A stretch of 64,000 nucleotides of DNA, taken from NCBI GenBank assembly GCA_964188305.1, contig OZ076890.1. One strand, given 5' to 3'. Both the position numbers and the translations under genes were made by a program. The stretch's first letter is position 1, and every line of letters starts with the position of its first letter. Below, one piece after another: positions 35,341 through 47,778 of the stretch. This DNA is from Podarcis bocagei (lineage: Eukaryota). The notes below the pieces were generated by a model. It searched no databases and was not told the DNA's origin. It worked only from the letters and a program-made list of their open reading frames with translations.

Positions 35341-38300
35341 TATTAAAGCATATGTTTTTAGCAGTGAGCTATGGCCCCTTGCTGCCAATAATTATTTGAC
35401 AGTGACAATAATTATTTCTCTCCATTCTATGAAGCATATGCTACACAATCCATTCCTGTCGATAATGGCCTCTGTTTCACTGAACTGATTATTCCAGTGT
35501 TACCTCTGACAACTACGATTCAAGTCACATATGATCAGGATCCCATTCTGCAGGCCATCAGGAACATTAGCCAATATTAAAAGCAGGCACGCAACCCATG
35601 AGAGTTTTCTGTAACAGCCCAGCCAACCAATAAAACAGATTATTACATCACCTTCACCACAGCATTTCTTGTAATGCACTTTCCTCAGGGCATATCTAGC
35701 CAGACACAGAAATACATTTTGCAAGGACATTTATTTCTACTGTACATCTGCATAATGCAGCAGGGTTAATGCTGTGGGAACCAGAGATAACTTCACAGTT
35801 CATATGCCATAACATTTTTAACCTTGGTGATGTAATAATCCCAAGTACTTTGCATGTGCTTAAATAGAAATCTAATGATGCAAACTGCTAAAAGGGGAAC
35901 ATTTTAACTTTGAAAAAAGTAGAAGGGGTACAAATAAGGCAGGGGAGATACAGGCTTTTGGAGGATTTGCCGAGTACCACACATCAATAATTTTAGTCTC
36001 CAATTTGAGCCACATAAGCATCTCAAACAATTATAGCATTAAACTATAGCATTAAAACTACTGTATAGGGAAGCTGACAGGAAAGTCCACATTTTACCTA
36101 TCAGCCATCCTTTAGCTGACACTGTCCTCATAAAACCTGTTCAGTCAAGTGTGTTCTCACTAGTAAAGAATCTAGCTGCTTGCCGACAGCTTCCACCAAA
36201 TCAACATTTAGTGCAGAGATGTTCAATGTTGAGGCTAAGGAGAAAGATTCACACATACACCCTACCACCACCAGATAACCAGGCACAATCCAAATATTCT
36301 GGGGTTGGCAATAGTTTTTTTTAAAAAATCAAGTTATTGCAGAAAAACATAGTGTTCCGTGCTTCTCACAGAAGATGCTCACATTTCTAACAAACAGGAA
36401 GTTGCATTTTTCTTTGGGCTGCAGATTGTAGTTGCTCATCCCCAAAAACAGCAACATTCCAAAATGGAGACATCAAAGGAATTATTTCTAACAAGGCCTG
36501 CATATTTATACAAGGATTAGCGGGTTCTGTTCAACCTACCATCCTTGCAAAGGTCAGTAAGGCTCTCTTCTATGTCAACTAAAGCACTGAATCTTGAAGC
36601 ACTTGGTGAGGAGGGGGAAGCAAAAGGTTATTCTGCCTTCAAAAGGAACAGAGGAGGAAAAGAACACTGCTTATAAGAATTTTCTGAAGGGTTTTAAGAA
36701 AATTGAATCTGGCATAAGAAAAGGAATTAGCTGCTGTCTATAAATGATTCAAACCTTCAGGGTTCTGTCTGATTTAACTCAGATTTATCCACAGTACTAA
36801 CAAAACAACTTCAGGTATATTACACAGCCAATATACTATGTTGCAGAGTCTGACTAAGTCAAAGACAACATCTTCCCCTCCTTTTCCCTCCTGTCACCTA
36901 TGCCCCCCCCCGTTTAAAAAAAAACACCCCTAGAAGAAAATGTGAACCATTATTGCAAAATTTGTTGAACCTGAATACCAATGCCCCAATACGTAAAGCA
37001 CACAAATTAATTATAAAAGCTACTTCTTCAGAATAAGGGTTCAATTAAAGTGATAGTGGTACATACACTGGCACAAACACAATTTTATAAATAAGCATCC
37101 AGTATGTTTTAAAAGCATATTATACTATAACATGAAAAATAAAACACAAAGTGATTCTTCCCCCCCCTGCCATGACCCACTTAATAAGCCTGAGGGCCAC
37201 ACATACTGCCTTCCCCTGCATTAGTGATTTTTATCCTTCCCAACTCTGGATATGTTAAAGCAGCAGCACATTCTAAGGTTTGCATAAAAATCTCCATACA
37301 GGTTACGGGGTGTTCCTTTTTCTGTTGCTGAGTGAGCTCTGTTCCCCTCAATTGTATTCCCTCAAAATCACACACACACTGCCTTCAGATTAAAAACTAT
37401 CCTATCTACCTCCCCCGTCACCGAGCCAAGTGGACTATCCTCTTTTGTGGTTCCCCCCCCCCCCAAATGCATTGTAGGTTCATCTGCTCAAGCGTTCGTT
37501 CAGCAGGGCTTTGGGGTTTTTTTAAGCCCCCTTTTAACCTTTTTTTAAACCCAGGGCCTATAAAGGGGAGAGATGTTTTCTGCCGCTTGTGTGAGATGGG
37601 AGGCAAATTCTGTATGGGGGGGGCGAGGCTGACTATAATGATACAAGGTGATGTGCAGGAGCTCCTCAAGTTCACCCTCCTTTTATGAAAAGCAGAGGCA
37701 GTGGCAGAAATGCAATCAACAGCATTCTACCCTCAAGAATGTCTGATTAGGAACAATGCTATATCAAAGGGGCATTGTTGGGGGGAAATGATGGTTGCCC
37801 CCATGGGCTAACTACCTCCCAATAATGCCAGTATTCAGCAGTGGCATTCAGACAGACACACACACACACACACTTTCTGAAAGAGTCTAGGCCAAATACT
37901 CAGCCTAACTCTTATTAAAAACTGCTTTGAGGCATCTCCATGACTGATGCCAAGGGTTGGCTAATCAGTGCTTTGCAAATCCTGCTCCTTCTGAAAACAA
38001 GAACAGTCTGCAATGTGGGGGTGGAGGGGGAAGGGTGCATATATGAGCAAGATGCATCAAGTATCGTTCCAAAGCAGGCTCACTGCTAAAGTTATATACA
38101 TCTGTATACACCTTAAAATGCATGCACTCACCTGGCCACCCACTGCTTCCAAGATACAACGATGGCTACTAACCAAGAATCTGAACACGATGCATTTTGT
38201 ATTTAAATTACAACCCTCCATTTCATTTTGTTATAGCATGTTTTCGTAATAGCCTCCTCTGTACCAATTATCTAGAGTACATTGCTTTCTTGTGCTCATA

Positions 38301-38379
38301 ATTTTTTAGCTATGCTATCTATCCTTTAGGTCATTTGCAAATATGATAAAAGCCAATCTCTTATGCTCTTCCATCATGG

Positions 38380-38592
38380 TGAAAATAAATTCGGAAAAAA
38401 CTTTCTGACAGGAAGAGCTGTTTGGCAGTGGAACAGACTTCCACAAGAGGTGGTAGACTCTCCTTCCTTGGAGGTTTTTAAACAGAGCTTGTGTGGCCAT
38501 CTGCCATGGGTGCTTTAGCTGAGATTCCTGCATTGAAGGTTGGACTAGATAACCCTTGGATCCTTTCCAACTCTGAGTTTCTATGATTCTAT
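38380..38592 (+). mobile_element. CR1 LINE 3' end
   Basis: TTTCTGACAGGAAGAGCTGTT...GGTTGGACTAGATAACCC...TTCCAACTCTGAGTTTCTATGATTCTAT, with the CR1 terminal ATTCTRTG-type repeat. Confidence 0.88.
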
Positions 38593-40305
38593 ATGAAAGG
38601 CACTATGGCTACAACTGGCTTCTTTGGGGGCCAAATGAAAAATACCCTCAGTAGGATCCTATATATGTTTATTCAAATGCAAGTTTCATTTGACCCTACT
38701 CCCACTTAAGTATAGGATAGCAGTCTTAAATTACTTTTCTCAGTAATTTTCAACTTCACCCCACTAACCATTCCCAGCACTTCATTTAGATACTCCCCAG
38801 AGATTTGCTTTCCATGTCCTTCTGATATGTCACAATGCACGGTTTTCTCTATACTTCTGTGCATCATTCCTAGATGATTATTTAGACTACTTGTTTTGTT
38901 ATCTGTCACAACGCGTTTCTTAATAACACCAGAGCAGGTGGCTCCTTCTTCAGTAAGTTGCGATCAAAAATTGCACTGCCACGAATATCCAAAAACACAC
39001 AATTTAGATGTGCACTTGTATGCATAGTGCTAACTTGTGCACACAGAGGAAACAGTGGACCCCGGTGTGTCAAAAGCACATGCAAAGCGATGTGATAAAC
39101 TCAAATGTAATTCATCAGCTCTTCTGTGGCATTGCAATCCTGTTTCTAAACTTGTTAAGAACTGACCTCAGCAATTATTTCCCACCAACCTTCCCCACAA
39201 ACGAAAGAAGAAGAAAAAGCTTATGAACACTACTATTTAGAGTTATAAAACTGCTGAATATAGTGGGGTTATCCCTACGGTACCATTTATGAAGAGAATC
39301 TATCCAATAACAACCTTTACTATATACTGTGCTTGCAGTCGGACAAAAGCATATAGAATGGTTGGAAGTCAGAACAGAATTTCAGAGAGTCAAAATTCTA
39401 CTAGCCATTTGAAATACAATTGCATAAACCTACTTTAAGGAAGTATGCCTTGCCCTAACCCCACAGATTCCTCCCACTTTGACCTTTAGATTTTTAATCC
39501 CTTCTTTTTGGCAGACCATTACAGCATGTGGCACAGTGTCTATCCTTAAAAAAGGTCATACTCTTTCCTTGCAATGGCGTTCAGATTTCCTTGTCCAGCA
39601 CAGAAATCTGCCATCTTACTAGGCGCTGTGCAGCAAAAGCAGTACAAGCTCCATTAGAAGAGCCCAAACTGGAATCTTTATGGCTAAGCTATAATTAGCC
39701 TAGAAGTGGTTAAATGCCATGCTCCAAACGTCACTTGCATACAATATAGTTTGCTGCAGTCTTCAAGCAGGATTTTATGTCCCAGAGGATCTAAAAAATT
39801 ACTATCCCATGGTATTTGGGAAAGGTGAACAAGAGAAGCCATCTGAGATACGCATGCATTGCTCGTCCCTTGTCGACTGACTTTTCTTTTAATGGATAAC
39901 GCAAAGTGCTTATCAAAGGAATTAGCCTGGGTATAATTGCTTAAAACCTATTATCTCCATCAGGCTGAAATAAAGCATATTGCATCTTAAGCAAAGCCTC
40001 AGAAATGTGATCAGATGCTAATAGTGCTAGATTCTGCTAATCCAAGTACAACTTCAATTAAGAAAAAACAGATTCCCCACTCTACCCATCCCTAATCATG
40101 TTCCACCACCAAGATAAGTTTTGGTTATTCAAACATGTTCAAAGCCCTTGCGAAGAGTGTGCTTTTCTCAGCATCCATCCTTGCAATATGGAGATAATTA
40201 CCAGGGGACTTTACTAGACTGTTGCATGGCTTGAATACATAATGGGTGATGTTTGATTGTGGCATCCCACTTGCACAAATGTGACTTTCCCCTCATATCC
40301 CCCTA

Positions 40306-40658
40306 GTAAATGTAAAGGGACCCCTGACCATTAGGTCTAATCGTGGCCAACTCTGGGGTTGCGGCGCTCATCTCACTTTACTGGCCGAGGGAGCCGGTGT
40401 ACAGCTTCCGGGTCATGTGGCCAGCATGACTAAGCCGCTTCTGGCAAACCAGAGCAGCGCACGGAAATGCTGTTTACCTTCCCGCTGGAGCGGTATCTAT
40501 TTATCTACTTGCACTTTGATGTGCTTTCAAACTGCTAGGTTGGCAGGAGCAGGGACCGAGCAACGGGAGCTCATCCCGTCGTAGGGATTCGAACCGCAGG
40601 CCTTCTGATCGGCAAGCCCTAGGCTCTGTGGTTTAGACCACAGCGCCACCCGCGTCCC
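40306..40658 (-). mobile_element. Sauria SINE, near full length
   Basis: Reverse complement reads GGGACGCGGGTGGCGCTGTGGTCTAAACC...GGTTCGAATCC (B box)...GGGGTCCCTTTACATTTAC. Imperfect TSD CATATCCCCCTA / CATGCCCCCCTA. Confidence 0.93.
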
Positions 40659-40755
40659 CATGCCCCCCTACATACCCCTAAAATATACTATGGTGAGTTG
40701 ATGGGACTGCAGATGCTATATCACTGGCTAATATGCATGAACATTTACCAGAATA

Positions 40756-41412
40756 TCTAGAATTAGTGTGCTCTTCCAATAACTTGTAACTATGTTTAGC
40801 TCCTCCTTTGGTTTCCAAAACTGATCATGCAAAACTAGTAAGAGAAAGAAGAGCTCTTCTCTAATCATGCCACGTGTATGATTCTTCCTTGCCAAGGGTA
40901 ACAAGCTTGCTCTCAACATCTAGAGATAAATGTGCTTTAAAAGTGCCACTTGGTGATGAAGGACCTGAAACAGACTCCCTGTGACCTAATAGCAAATTGG
41001 CTCATTGCAGGGCCAGCAAAAAGTTACTTGGGTGGGGGGGAATCCACTGTGTAGAATCAGTAGTAGTTTGCCTCCCTAGTTCCCTTCTAGAAAAGTGTGC
41101 TTTCCTAATAACTATTGTTAACTATGTTTAGCTCCTTCTTTGGTTTGCAAAACCGAACATGCAAAATAGTAAGAGACGAGCCCTTCTCTAATCATGCCAC
41201 GTGTATGATTCTTCCTTGCCAAGGACAGCAAGCTTGCTCTCAACGTCTAGAGATAAATGTGCTTTAAAAGTGCCACTTGGTGCTGAAGGACCTGAAACAG
41301 ACTCCCCGAATTGGCTTATTGCAAGGCACTTCATAAAAAGCCAGCAAAAAGTTACTCTGGGGAAAACAATCCACTGAGTAGAAGAAGAAGCAGTTTGCCT
41401 CCCTAGTTTCCT
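40756..41412. repeat. Tandem duplication, two ~327-bp units
   Basis: Unit 1 ~40756-41085 and unit 2 ~41086-41412 share long identical stretches, e.g. CTTCTCTAATCATGCCACGTGTATGATTCTTCCTTGCCAAGG and TCTAGAGATAAATGTGCTTTAAAAGTGCCACTTGGTG. Confidence 0.93.
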
Positions 41413-43029
41413 TAGATGTCATGGAAAGAGAGTGTTCAATAAGAGCTGTCATAAAAGCAAAAGAAATACCATGAAGTCAGAATTCAGTGCTTCTTCCAAC
41501 TACTGTGCCCAGGTGACCAGCACAAAGTATACGCCTTATGAAGTTTGTGCCTTGTGTTCTTCAATCACATCTGTAAGCCAGCAACAGGTCTCTTCACCCA
41601 ACCATCTCCCCATCTTTTTGCTTGCTGGATATTTGCTGCTAATTCTGCAAGCATTTATTCTGCATTTGATATATCTCCTTGTTAAAGGTAGCAATATTCT
41701 AGTTCAGGGGCAGTCATCACAGGACTCTCTTAACATTACTGGATTCCAGCTCCCACCAGCCCCAGCCTGCATGGTCAATGGTCAGGGATGATGTCAGTCA
41801 GAGCTGTCCATGGGTTTTCTAATCTCCAAGGCTGATTTATGGCAAGAACCTTCCTTCATTCTCTTATGCAGAGTCTTGAACTTGTGCTTGCACAAATTTA
41901 AAGACCTTGTTTCAGGGTCTAAGGGCCTATATTTTAAGCTCTGAAGCTACATCTATTGATAGCATTATTCATTTTTAAAATTTATGTGCTATAAATTTTT
42001 TGTCAAAGGGAACTCAAGGCAGATAACAAATAAACCTTAAAACATGGTCACATCAATGATAATTAACTCCAACTTGGGGGGGGGGGGCAGAATCAGCACT
42101 CAAACAGGCCTGAATGCATTCTACAACAAAAACTGGATAAATATGTTTAAGAAAGATGGAATACACATAAGTACTGAGTTCGGGTGGTAGTGATCTTCCC
42201 AGTAAGATACTGATCTTGTGGAATTTCCCAATATTACAAAACTAATCAGGTTTAGCTTTGCATTATGCTCAAGTTGTGAAAGCACCCAGAAAGGATTTTT
42301 AATTCTTATGAATAAAGAATTTAAAAGGTCATCCTTGCCACAAGACCTATCAAATATTTAAGCTAGAATTTATAAGCTACTCACAACAGGCTATAGTCAG
42401 AATTTCTGGGATAGTTATCTAGACATAATGTCACATGCAGACTACAACAAATCTGTTTGCAGTGATGAGTGTGATGACATCGTCTGATGAGGATGACAAG
42501 GTACCAGCTTCCCTTCATCAGGACAAGCAATTATTAGTATCTCCTTTCTATCTCTTTCTCATTGCCCTAATCTTGCCGTCTCTGAAACCTCATGCCAGCC
42601 CAAACTGCAGTCATTTGTATTCAAGATTTTTCTTCCTAGCGCACTTAGGTATCTTCCGCTGCAATTTGCTTGGCTCTCTAGTGCTTACCTCATTTCATAT
42701 AAGACAATATCCCCACCTCTCTCAGTCTCTGTGATAGAAACCATTCAAGCTTATGGGCAAGGCCAAATGGGTTTGGGTTGCCTGTGCAATTTGTAGCAAT
42801 GGACCATCTTGCTATTCCCCCCCCCCCCCTGAACTGACACTTCAAGCCACAAAGCCATTTTATTAACTGTCCACCATTTTGGGTAAATATATATTCTATA
42901 TATGTTTGTATTGGCATTTGTTGGCATTTGCTAATTCCCACCAAGCCAGCAAAACAACGTTAGTATTTTAAAAGTAATTGAGTCCTTTTCTATTACTGTA
43001 TGCTGTACATAATCACCTCCAAGTAACAT

Positions 43030-43255
43030 CCAGGCAGAGGGCCTTCTCTCTAGTTGCACCACTCTGTGGAACACCTTCCCATCAGATGTCAAGGAAATAA
43101 ACAACTATCTGACTTTTAGAAGACATCTGAAGACAACCCTGTATAGGGAAGTTTTTAATGTTTGATGTTTTATCGTGTTTTTAATATTCTCTTGGGAGAT
43201 GCCCAGAGTGGCTGGGAAACCCAGCCAGATGGGCAGGGTATAAATACATTATTAT
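43030..43255 (+). mobile_element. L2-clade LINE 3' end
   Basis: AGGGCCTTCTC...CTGTGGAACACCTTCCC (RAFS..AP.LWN.LP), then ...CCCAGAGTGGCTGGGAAACCCAGCCAGATGGGCAGGGTATAAAT with an (ATT)n tail. Confidence 0.8.
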
Positions 43256-46200
43256 CCCCCAAAGTAATACAGTGCTTCCGTGAACACGCACGTAAAAGAT
43301 GAGTTCAGGCATACACGTGTAAACATGCTAGGAGATCCATTCATTATATTCACCTGTGAATAAGCCCCATTCAACTCAGCGAGGCCTACCTCTGAGTAGA
43401 CATTTGTAAGATTGTGTTACAATCCATTTAAATAAAGCAGTCTATTCAAATAAGTCTTCGACAAAATGGAACAGAGGGATGAGATCAAATTAAACTTCTT
43501 TTACTTAAGAGACTCTACTAAGCAAACTATAGTAACACATGCCAACCCTAAATTATAGTTCTCAGAAAATCGCTACTCTTCCATTTATGCTAATAAATGT
43601 CCCCAAAACTAATAAATAAGACCATTATCACAATACAAGCAAAGCAATATTTCAAACACTTTGTGAACAGGGACTACTTTCTTCTGACTCAGTCCTCAAG
43701 TGCCTGATCTCTGAAACTTTACGCAAGTTTTATTTCACAGAGAACAGATGGCCTGCACTTCTCAACAGCCGGGTCCATTTACAGCTCATCTCTCAAGTTG
43801 AGCCCACCATGCTACTTTCCACTAAGAAAATCTTAGTGCATTTACATGTCTAGGTGGAACAACAGAACTCAAATCAAGAGATTAGCACTAAACTGCAGGC
43901 TTAATTCATTTTCCCATCTCTTCCAGGAGGTGCTACAGTGCTCGTTAAACTGCACCAAAAGTGAACAAAATGAACAAAGAATAAAGCAGAAGAGCAAAAC
44001 AAGAACATTAAAATGCTAATAGAAATCAGCAGATTTATTTACACAGGGGGTGCATAATTCCTCCCCCCCCCTCCATTTGGCAGTTATACAGTGTGAACAC
44101 ACCTAGTCATCTTGAGCTAAACAGCAGTGCTTCTAAGCTAAGAGCAAGAAAGCAGCTGTAGGCCTGACCCTGCAAACAAAAGCCTCTGTACTACACCCCA
44201 TATAGCCTGTGCTTCCATATAGAGTTGCCAGGTGTGTATCATTCTCATTATGCAGCTTGCAGGGAGATCTGCTGTGTTGTCGTAAGGAAGGGCCATCCTT
44301 TGTTGGAATAAGCTGCAACATTTTGAATGCAAACTTCATCCGTGTGAGAAATAAAGACACTGAATTTATACAGGATCATGCCAACAGAAGCTACCTTAGT
44401 ACCAATGATTCATTGCCAACCCCCACTCCAACAGTAACACAATTTCCAATCAAAAATGCAAAATCACTGTTTTCCAAATGATTTGGGGAAACATTTTATG
44501 AGCAAATATGCACAGCAAAGCCCTGGAACTTGTTTTTCTTTCTGTGCTTTTCTTAAAGAAAAGCAAATTGGGGAAGGGGTGAATTGAGCATCCTGTTTTC
44601 TCTGGGACCAATGGGCTTTAGCCCATTAAGGTAAACATTAAGGGCAAACGTTATAAAAAAGAAAGGCAACCTTGAAGATTGGGATTTTGAGTGGCAATGG
44701 AGATTCTTAACCCTTTCCTTTTATCTGCTCCAAGTCCACCCCCATAATGCCACACATAGTTTTAACCCCACGTTTCAAAGGTGATTTTGAATTCCATGGA
44801 GTTAAAGCTGTATGGAAGAGATCGATTTGGAGCAGACCAACAATGGATAGGGTGTTCACCTCCTCTGCCTCACCTCTTCTCTACTCAAGATCCCCACACT
44901 CAACACTGCTTACACTTCAACTGAAGGAAGAAAATATGACACAGACCAGGAGTCATCTAAGTGTTCCTAATCACTCGAACCCAATTGCATTAGAAAATGT
45001 GTGTTATGGGAAGCCAGCACACAATTTAAAATTAGCATCACACCTTTGCTGCTTCTGTCAGTTGCAATTCCCTGGAACCCACTCCCCCTTTTAAAACTCA
45101 GAACGAACTGATAAAAGCCACTTGTTTCACAGTTCTGCCAAGACTATCTAGGGAAGCGCTCTAGTTAATAATGGCAGACAGAGTTCAAACTGCAAGTCAA
45201 ACTACAAGTCAAATCATAGTCAGGAAATGCAATTGTTTATCATGAGCTCCAACTGAAAGCCATGACAGACTTCTTTCTTTCTGAAGCTTAAAAAATGAGA
45301 GTCCTTTCTAAGAGTACTATATATAGACACAGAGGAGCTGTATGCCTGCAGTAAGCCACCCTTTATTTACTCAACCATATATTTAATTCACATAACCGTT
45401 TTCTGAAGCAAAACTGCACCATCAGCCAAATGAAACAAAAGATCCCATATAACGCAACACTAGAGTTAGCGTTCTGTAATTCCCTCCGATCACCCGCATG
45501 GTTCTTTGGAGTCATGGCCTAACCACAACCTCTGCAACCACCTGATGATGCATGGCAAATTGCTTCTAAAACTGAGAGGAGGTTCAAAAGCAGCTTGCAG
45601 TTAGAATTGAGGTCAGCTGTTTCAAGTCAAAAATCCCATTAAACTAGCCCAAACTCCTTGCCAGAGCTGAAGTAGCTGTTTTGACTCAAGCCATAGTTGT
45701 TACTGCTGGTATGCCGAGCAAAATTAACCATCGCAATGCAGGATGGTTAATAGTAGAGATGGGGAATCTGCCATTATGTGTCCCTCCCAGAAGCCCTTGG
45801 TGAAACCTGCACAGCACCTAAAGAGCCTCATTTGAATGTCTGCTACCTCCTCCCACACTCCGCTTTAAGACGTTTACAAGACTCGGATAGCTTGGACACC
45901 AGCCAATTTTTCTCTTCCCCTTGGACCATTAACCATCTGGCCTTATGCAGAGTTCTGGAGAATGCAAAAGCTTGTGCCCCATTTTGTGATGTTGGTTAGC
46001 TGAATAAATGTATTGACATAATACACAGAGAGAGGAAGGTTGCCTTTCCAGGACCTGGGGTAGCAAGAAGGTACACACACCCATCTGTGCACTTGGTTAT
46101 TACCAAGGTGCAACCTTTCCTGCCTTTCCTGATGTCTTCCACTGCCCAGGAAAGAAAAAAAAATAGCTGATCTGAGAGCTACCCATTTTCTTCCTTTCCC

Positions 46201-46443
46201 CTTCCTATTCCCTCCCACTCAAGTGGTGGAGGAGAAAATAGTGTTATTTACTTAGTTAGCAACTGACGTTATCTGGGGAATAGTACTACATCTGCCACCT
46301 GGGCTTGTCTTGGGGTAAAAAGGTGTGTAGTAATCCTGCCCCTCTTAGCTCTTTGAATATTCTAATGGTGTTGGAGGAAATATGGGGGAGACAATGAGTA
46401 AGGTAAAGAAGGGATCTTTGTAAACACCCCTTCTTCCATAATA

Positions 46444-46643
46444 CAGTGGTACCTTGGTTCTTGAACTTAATCCATTCCGGGAGTCTGTTCAACTCCTAAA
46501 ACCGTTCAAAAACCAAGGCACAGCTTCCGATTGGCTGCAAGAACTTCCTGCACTCAAGTGGAAGCAGTGTCAGAAGTTCAGCTTCTGAAAAACGTTCACA
46601 AACTGGAACACTTACTTCTGGGTTTGCCATTCGATAACCAAGG
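46444..46643. mobile_element. Tc1/mariner-type MITE, family B
   Basis: TA|CAGTGGTACCTTGGTTCTTGAAC...AACCAAGGT. TIR related to family A; interior is reverse-complementary to 60503-60730. Confidence 0.8.
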
Positions 46644-47437
46644 TGTTTCTTGGCTGAACTGCTTTAGAACCATGTACCAAAAGTGCAGTGTCCTTGACAC
46701 ACACACAACAGCAGTATCCCACTGATGCTCTCTCCCCATTTTGCCCTTGGAGTGCTATCAGAAGCTGCTCTGCCAGCTCACACCTCACTGAGCTTAATGG
46801 GCCTTATGCCAGCCACTGTGCATAATACTTTGCTGTATCCAAGTGAGATATGCCTGCACTTGCCCCGTCCCGTCCCTGCCATTACAGAAGTTTACAAAGC
46901 AAGCTATCATGAGCAAAACTGAAGTGAGAGCACACAACATTTGTCAACACTTGCTGCAATCTACCATTAAGTCAGATTACTGGAATACCAGCTTTCCTCT
47001 AACTGTTACATGGATACAAAACGTAATATCGCCTTTCAAGTTGCATTTGAGGAAAAATTGTTTTAGGTACTCTATACAGATTCAAGTCTTGAAATTTGAA
47101 TGCAATTCAGATTTTGAAACAGAGGTTGTAAATTCAAAATAAGACTCCAGAAACTCAGCACCATCTACTTGTTGACCCTCTTAATAGTTTAAATGTTTTA
47201 AAAAAACAGTTCTTTTCTTTCTCCATTAGCTTTCCCTACCCCCTTTTTCGTGTTTCCATTTAGACTGTAAGCTTGCAGGTATAGTTTTGTGGTTAATTCT
47301 GTGTTTTGCACCATTTTGGGGTTCTTGTCTTCCTCTTCACCACATAGACCCTCTTCTGCTTTGCATTCTCTACCCAGAACATTAGTTACAGCAAGCAGGG
47401 CCACCTCCCTCACTCTCCCTGGACTCTAGCAAGAGTA

Positions 47438-47778
47438 AGGTAAAGGTAAAGGGACACCTGACCATTAGGTCCAGTCGTGACCAACTCTGGGGTTGTGGTG
47501 CTCATCTTGCTCTATAGGCCGAGGGAGCCAGCATTTGTCTGCAGACAGCTTCTGGGTCATGTGGCCAGCATGACTAAGCCGCTTCTGGCAAACCAGAGCA
47601 GCGCACAGAAACGCCGTTTACCTTCCTGCCAGAGCAGTACCTATTTATCTACTTGCACTTTTTGGCGTGCTTTGGAACTGCTGGGTTGGCAGGAGCAGGG
47701 ACCAAGCAACGGGAGCTCACCTTCTGATCAGCAAGTCCTAGGCTCTGTGGTTTAACCCACAGCGCCACCCGCGTCCCC
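47438..47778 (-). mobile_element. Sauria SINE with internal deletion of the B-box region
   Basis: Same family as 40306-40658. The segment between GGGAGCTCAC and CTTCTGATC, which carries the B box in the other copy, is missing. AAGAGTA flanks both sides. Confidence 0.92.

Noticed and set aside
40560-40658. tRNA-like A/B boxes (GGTTCGAATCC on the minus strand)
   Set aside because: This is the tRNA-derived head of a Sauria SINE, not a tRNA gene.
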